From NCBI GenBank assembly GCA_964626205.1, contig CAZVED010000003.1, positions 70,421-134,420 on the forward strand: 64,000 bases of DNA, read 5' to 3'. The stretch is from an uncultured Gammaproteobacteria bacterium (GTDB lineage Bacteria > Patescibacteriota > Patescibacteriia > SG8-24). The notes below the pieces were generated by a model. That model was not told where the DNA came from. It was given only the letters and a program-made list of their open reading frames with translations, and did not search any database. Both the position numbers and the translations under genes were made by a program. Below are positions 59,134 to 64,000 of the stretch, piece after piece (within the stretch, counting starts at the first letter, position 1; each line of letters begins with the position of its first letter).

Positions 59134-60111
59134 ATGTCCACACCGAGCCCCATCCTCACACCACGGAACGTCTATCGACCTTTCGAGTACCCGCACTTCT
59201 TCGAGTACTTCCGCCAGCAGAACCAAGCGCATTGGCTCCCGACCGAAGTTCCGATGGAGTCCGACATCTCCGATTACCGCTACCGCCTGTCACCGGAAGA
59301 GAAGAATCTCGTCATCCAGATCCTGCGCTTCTTCACCCAGAGCGACATCGAGGTCAACAACAACTACAACACGCGCCTCATCCCGACGTTCCCAAAGCCG
59401 GAGATCAAAATGATGCTCTCATCCTTCGCAGCGATGGAGAGCATCCACGTGTGGGCATATTCGTACCTCAACGACTCACTCGGCCTTCCGGAAGAAGAGT
59501 ATTCCGCCTTCCTCGGCTACCAGGCGATGCGCGAGAAGTACGATTACTTTCAGCGATTCCCGACGGATTCCACTGAAGACCTGCTCATCAACCTCGCGGT
59601 GTTCGGCGGGTTCATCGAGGGTGTCAGCCTGTTCTCCTCGTTCGCCATCCTCATGAATTTCCCGCGTCTCGGCAAGATGAAAGGCGTCGGGCAAATCGTC
59701 ACCTGGTCCATCCGCGATGAGACGCTGCACTCCACCGGTGTCTGTCGACTCTTCCGCGACCTGGTCAACGAGAACCCGCACCTTTGGACCACGTCCATGC
59801 ACGAGCGCATCTACGCCGCCTGTCGCGAGATGGTCGCGCTCGAAGACGCGTTCATCGACGCGTGCTTCTCCATGGGTCCGGTGCCGGGACTCACTGCGGA
59901 CGAGGTCAAGCAGTACGTACGGTTCACCGCAGACAAGAAACTCATCGACCTACGTCTCGACAAGATCTACCACGCCACCAATCCGCTCACGTGGCTCGAC
60001 GTGATGGTCAACGCCAAAGAGCACACCAACTTCTTCGAGAATCGCGCGACGGAATACGCCAAGGGGGCTGTCGTCACGGACTGGGATACTATCAGCTCGA
60101 GCATCACCTAA
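59134..60111 (+). CDS. nrdB: ribonucleotide reductase class I small (beta, R2) subunit
   Basis: Di-iron/tyrosyl radical motifs (ESIHVWAYSY...E..H). 325 aa. Confidence 0.9.
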   Translation: MSTPSPILTPRNVYRPFEYPHFFEYFRQQNQAHWLPTEVPMESDISDYRYRLSPEEKNLVIQILRFFTQSDIEVNNNYNTRLIPTFPKPEIKMMLSSFAAMESIHVWAYSYLNDSLGLPEEEYSAFLGYQAMREKYDYFQRFPTDSTEDLLINLAVFGGFIEGVSLFSSFAILMNFPRLGKMKGVGQIVTWSIRDETLHSTGVCRLFRDLVNENPHLWTTSMHERIYAACREMVALEDAFIDACFSMGPVPGLTADEVKQYVRFTADKKLIDLRLDKIYHATNPLTWLDVMVNAKEHTNFFENRATEYAKGAVVTDWDTISSSIT

Positions 60112-60141
60112 ACCAAAAGTACTTACTCCGCACGAACGCCT

Positions 60142-62070
60142 ATGCCATCCGCAGCCCTCATCGACGCCTTGTCCAAGAACGACCTCGCTGCTGCCCGCGA
60201 TATTATGCTCGGTGAGATTACCGAAGAGACGCATGGCAGAAATAGCTGGGATTCCGAGCACTATACTGCAGACCGTGCGGTACAGGAGTCGATTATCATC
60301 AATAAGGAGGCGGATAAGCGCATGACGTACTTCGGTCTGGAGAATCTCCGGGACCGGTACTTCCTGCGCAACGAGGCAGGGGACATCTGTGAGGACGTGC
60401 AGACGTTCTACGCGCGCGTGGCGACCGGCATGGCGCGTGGCGACCGTGCTTTCGCGCAACAGCTGTACGACTACATGAGCAAGGGGTGGTTCCTCCCAGC
60501 AACCCCAGTGCTCATGAACATCGGTACCAAGAAAGGCTTGTGCATCTCGTGCTTCCTCAACATGGTGCCGGACACGCTCGAAGGCATCTTCGACATCTAC
60601 CGCGAGAACGCCTTCCTCGCCAAGTACGGCGGTGGCATCGGCACGGATTGGTCGGCGCTTCGTGGCGCAAACGCTCCACTCAAGTCGAGTGGCCTGCGCT
60701 CGTCCGGCGTCATTCCGTTCCTTAAGATCATGGACTCGGAGACGCTGGCCATCTCACGCAACAGCCATCGCCGCGGTGCCGCTGCCGCGTATCTTCGCAT
60801 CGACCATCCGGATATCGAAGATTTTTTGGAGATTCGTAAGCCGACCGGCGGCGACCAGGACCGCAAATGCCTTAACATCAATCATGGCGTGACCGTGACG
60901 GACGCCTTCATGGAGGCAGTCGAGGCCCGCAAGCCGTACGAACTCGTCGATCCGCACTATGGCCCGACCGGGAAGACGCTCGACGCGTTCACCATCTGGC
61001 GGAAGATTCTCACCATGCGCGCAGAGACGGGTGAACCGTACGTGCTCTTCATCGACACGGTGAACAAGGCGCTTCCGGCACACCACCAGGCACTCGGTCT
61101 CAAGGTCCGGCAGAGCAATCTCTGCACGGAAATCGTCCTTCCGACCACAGAGGAGCGCACGGCCGTCTGCTGCCTGGGCAACCTCAACCTCGAGCTCTTC
61201 GATGAATGGGAGAGCGAGGCGGAGGCGCTTATCGATGCCTGTGTGAAGGCGCTCGATAACAACCTCGATACCTTCTGCGAAATGGCGGACCCGAAGGAGT
61301 ATCGCAAGGCGATCAATTCCGTGAAGCACGAGCGTTCCATCGGCCTCGGCGTGATGGGCTACCACGGCTACCTCATGTCCAAGAACGTTCCGTTCGAGTC
61401 CGTCGTGGCGCGCGGTATCAACAAGAAGATCTTCACCATGTTCGGAACGCTGGCTCGTGCGGCGTCTACGAAGCTCGCTCAAGAGCGCGGTGTCCCGCTC
61501 GACGGCGGTACGCAGCGTAACAGCTACGTCACGTCCATCCAGCCGACCGCGAGCACGAGCTTCATTTGCGGCGAAGCGACGCCGTGCGTGGAACCGATTG
61601 CTGGCAATGCCTACCTCCAGAAGACGCTCTCCGGCAGCTTCCTCGTGAAGAACCGCTACCTTGAACGCGTCCTCGACGCGAAGGGGATGAATGTCCCGGA
61701 AGTCTGGAAGGAGATCGTCGCGGCAAAAGGCAGCGTCCAACACCTCTCGTTCCTTACGGACGCAGAGAAAGCAGTGTTCCGTACAGGCTACGAGATGAAC
61801 ATGCGGGAAATCGTCGATCAGGCCGCCGACCGTCAGCCATGGATCGATCAGGCGCAGTCCATCAACCTCTTCCACACGACACCGATCAGCGGCAAGTACC
61901 TCCACGACGTGCACATGCTCGCCTGGAAGCGCGGAATGAAGTCCCTCTACTATCTGCGCTCATCCTCGCCGATCGAGGCTGCGCGCATCGATGAGGCGTC
62001 CGCCTCCATGGTCAATGCCGATGTGAAACAGCGCGACTTCGCCAACGAGGAATGCGCCGTCTGCCAATAA
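60142..62070 (+). CDS. nrdA: ribonucleoside-diphosphate reductase class I large (alpha, R1) subunit
   Basis: Catalytic NLCTEIVLP (Cys-Glu), GLCISCFL, C-terminal CxxC (ECAVCQ) tail. 642 aa. Confidence 0.9.
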   Translation: MPSAALIDALSKNDLAAARDIMLGEITEETHGRNSWDSEHYTADRAVQESIIINKEADKRMTYFGLENLRDRYFLRNEAGDICEDVQTFYARVATGMARGDRAFAQQLYDYMSKGWFLPATPVLMNIGTKKGLCISCFLNMVPDTLEGIFDIYRENAFLAKYGGGIGTDWSALRGANAPLKSSGLRSSGVIPFLKIMDSETLAISRNSHRRGAAAAYLRIDHPDIEDFLEIRKPTGGDQDRKCLNINHGVTVTDAFMEAVEARKPYELVDPHYGPTGKTLDAFTIWRKILTMRAETGEPYVLFIDTVNKALPAHHQALGLKVRQSNLCTEIVLPTTEERTAVCCLGNLNLELFDEWESEAEALIDACVKALDNNLDTFCEMADPKEYRKAINSVKHERSIGLGVMGYHGYLMSKNVPFESVVARGINKKIFTMFGTLARAASTKLAQERGVPLDGGTQRNSYVTSIQPTASTSFICGEATPCVEPIAGNAYLQKTLSGSFLVKNRYLERVLDAKGMNVPEVWKEIVAAKGSVQHLSFLTDAEKAVFRTGYEMNMREIVDQAADRQPWIDQAQSINLFHTTPISGKYLHDVHMLAWKRGMKSLYYLRSSSPIEAARIDEASASMVNADVKQRDFANEECAVCQ

Positions 62071-62188
62071 GATGCCTGCCGGGCCCGCAAGGGCTCGGCT
62101 TTTCGGTACGGTGGTTTTACGGGCGAGTGGCGGGTATACTTGGGACTTGATTTGACCGCTCGTCCGACCACTGCTAGATACGCTATCT

Positions 62189-63721
62189 ATGACTCAAGAC
62201 CAGGCTTTCGCTATCCTCGCAACCGGCGTCAACGTCTTCCTTACGGGAGAGCCGGGCGCTGGTAAGACCCACACCATCAACAGGTACGTGGCCTATCTTC
62301 GCGAGCACGGCATCGAGCCTGCGCTCGTGGCGTCCACCGGCATCGCTGCGACACATATCGGCGGCATGACCGTACACTCATGGGCAGGCATCGGCATCGC
62401 GGAAATGCTGACCTCATGGGATCTGGACCGCATCGCGAGTACTGAACGCGTCGTGAAGCGCATCAGTAAGGCGAAGGTGCTCATCATCGATGAGGTATCC
62501 ATGTTGGGTGCGAACGTCCTCGGTATGGTGGATGCCGTTTGTCGCGCCGTCCGACGAAACGATGCGCCCTTCGGAGGGCTTCAAACCGTGCTGGTAGGGG
62601 ATTTCTTCCAGCTCCCGCCGGTCGTGAAGAACGGTGGTACCGTGCAGTACGCTTTCCGCTCCAACGCATGGATGAAGCTCGACCCCACGGTCTGCTACTT
62701 AGATGAACAGCACCGCCAAGATGACCCGTCATTCCTTTCGCTGCTTTCCGCGGTCCGTGCGGATGCTGTCGATGAGGACCATTACGAAACGCTTGTCTCC
62801 CGTATGTCCAAGTCGGACGATGCTCCGAGCGGGGCTGTGAAGCTGTTTTCGCACAATGTCGACGTGGACCGCATCAACACCGCGGAGCTTACGAAACTCC
62901 CTGGCAAGCCAAAGAGTTATGCCATGATGACGAGCGGCCCGGACCATCTTGTAGCCTCACTCGTACGCAGCTGCCTTTCTCCGGAGAAGCTCGAGCTGAA
63001 ACCAGGAGCGTCCGTGATGTTCACGCGCAATAGTCCGCTCGGACGCTTTGCCAATGGCACGACCGGAACCGTCATGGGATTCGATAAAGACATGGGTCTT
63101 CCCATCGTGGAGACGCGCGAAGGTACCATGCTTACCGTGGAACCGATGGCCTGGGTCATCGAAGATCAAGGTAAGCAGCTCGCCTCGGTTTCGCAGATTC
63201 CCTTGCGCCTCGCTTGGGCGATGACCATCCACAAGTCCCAAGGCATGAGCCTCGATTGCGCGCTTATGGACCTCGGCGCCACGTTCGAGTTCGGTCAGGG
63301 TTATGTCGCGCTTTCGCGTCTCCGTCGCCTATCCGGCCTGTACTTGCTTGGATGCAATCAGAAAGCGCTTCGTGTGCATCCGGAAATCCTCGCGCAAGAT
63401 AAGGATTTCCGTGATATCTCGCTGAAGGCCGAGACGGAGGTGTCGACCATGCCTGAGGAGATGTTGGCAGAGGCTCAACAACGGTTCATCACGCTGTGTG
63501 GCGGCACATTCGGGAAAAAGGAACCCGTGAAAGAAGAAAACGGTTTCGCCGCCATTCGTGAGGAGCACCCGAAGGCCTACATGAAGTGGACTGAAGAGGA
63601 GGAGATGCAGCTCATCACCGCATTCAATGCAGGCATGAAACCCAAAGCCATTGCTGAACAACTGGGACGAAAGCGGGGCGGCATCACCTCGCGGCTGAAG
63701 AAGCTCGGCCTCGTAGAATGA
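62189..63721 (+). CDS. PIF1/RecD-family ATP-dependent DNA helicase with C-terminal HTH-like tail
   Basis: Walker A LTGEPGAGKTHTI. Walker B LIIDEVSM. PIF1-type motifs (FGGLQTVLVGDFFQLPPV, HKSQGMSLD). C-terminal KPKAIAEQLGRKRGGITSRLKKLGL. Confidence 0.8.
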   Translation: MTQDQAFAILATGVNVFLTGEPGAGKTHTINRYVAYLREHGIEPALVASTGIAATHIGGMTVHSWAGIGIAEMLTSWDLDRIASTERVVKRISKAKVLIIDEVSMLGANVLGMVDAVCRAVRRNDAPFGGLQTVLVGDFFQLPPVVKNGGTVQYAFRSNAWMKLDPTVCYLDEQHRQDDPSFLSLLSAVRADAVDEDHYETLVSRMSKSDDAPSGAVKLFSHNVDVDRINTAELTKLPGKPKSYAMMTSGPDHLVASLVRSCLSPEKLELKPGASVMFTRNSPLGRFANGTTGTVMGFDKDMGLPIVETREGTMLTVEPMAWVIEDQGKQLASVSQIPLRLAWAMTIHKSQGMSLDCALMDLGATFEFGQGYVALSRLRRLSGLYLLGCNQKALRVHPEILAQDKDFRDISLKAETEVSTMPEEMLAEAQQRFITLCGGTFGKKEPVKEENGFAAIREEHPKAYMKWTEEEEMQLITAFNAGMKPKAIAEQLGRKRGGITSRLKKLGLVE

Positions 63722-63778
63722 TGGAAAGAACAAGCCCTTGACGGATTCGTAGATTCCTGCTAGATTCAGCGAAATCTA

Positions 63779-64000
63779 TGAAAAACAATTACAAGGGCAA
63801 GAAAGCTGGTGGGCGAGGCGATTTCCATAAGGGAGGCTATAAACAGGGTGGCTTCCGTACCGGGTTCAAACCGCGCTTCGGTGGTGACCGTGAGCGTGCA
63901 GACCTGCATGATGCGACCTGCAGCAAATGCGGCGACGCGTGCCAAGTCCCGTTTAAGCCGAATGGCAGTAAGCCAATTTTCTGTAAAAAGTGCTTCAACA
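63779..64000 (+). CDS. Gly/Arg/Lys-rich zinc-ribbon protein, 3' partial (runs off the window)
   Basis: MKNNYKGKKAGGRGDFHKGGYKQGGFRTGFKPRFGGDR...CSKCGDACQVPFKPNGSKPIFCKKCF: RGG-like tail plus CxxC-N17-CxxC. Confidence 0.4.

Noticed and set aside
57922-61914. Minus-strand ORFs antisense to the 359-aa extracellular protein and to nrdA
   Set aside because: Shadow ORFs. The + strand genes have coherent features (signal anchor; RNR catalytic motifs).

Overview
High-GC (~60%), densely packed bacterial window, almost entirely + strand, with frequent 4-nt ATGA/GTGA start-stop overlaps. Gene content is consistent with a small-genome, fermentative, surface-attached (CPR/Patescibacteria-like) lifestyle, but taxonomy cannot be confirmed from sequence alone.

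Reading left to right:
- 1-3407: pyruvate/2-oxoacid:ferredoxin oxidoreductase subunits (beta partial, gamma, delta), then a PduL-type phosphotransacylase and acetate kinase, i.e. a compact acetyl-CoA to acetate + ATP module.
- 3478-10058: a terminator-flanked hypothetical gene, then MurJ, LepA, RecJ and RNase HI.
- 10108-16307: a translationally coupled pair of secreted Cys-rich proteins. The first (525 aa) carries Trp-rich repeats; the second (1541 aa) carries at least 8 Cys-flanked DxDxDG (thrombospondin-type-3-like) calcium-binding repeats.
- 16375-27152: a complete secretin-less type IV pilus locus, in gene order pilM-pilN-pilO-small membrane protein-pilB-CheY-like response regulator-pilC-two tandem pilins-pilD-four minor pilins.
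- 27157-42795: housekeeping genes: ligA, gatC-gatA, lgt, a membrane spermidine-synthase-like protein, the queuosine salvage trio (tgt, queA, convergent yhhQ), tRNA-Ser(GGA), dnaG-rpoD and a CPBP protease. RpoD carries a Lys/Ala/Pro-rich N-terminal tail encoded by a perfect 45-bp tandem repeat.
- 42902-49440: tRNA-Asn(GTT) followed by a copper/nitrite block: membrane-anchored NirK, a Met-rich multicopper oxidase and a CPH-type copper P-type ATPase. The block is followed by a DUF1428 protein and a cupin lipoprotein, and is bracketed by two intergenic regions sharing an 18-nt motif.
- 49533-64000: membrane and stress proteins, alanine dehydrogenase, a DoxX-cupin fusion, nrdB-nrdA preceded by tandem NrdR-box-like palindromes, and a PIF1/RecD-family helicase.

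No CRISPR arrays, transposases, rRNA or integrases were seen. Almost all long minus-strand ORFs in the provided track are GC-driven shadow ORFs.
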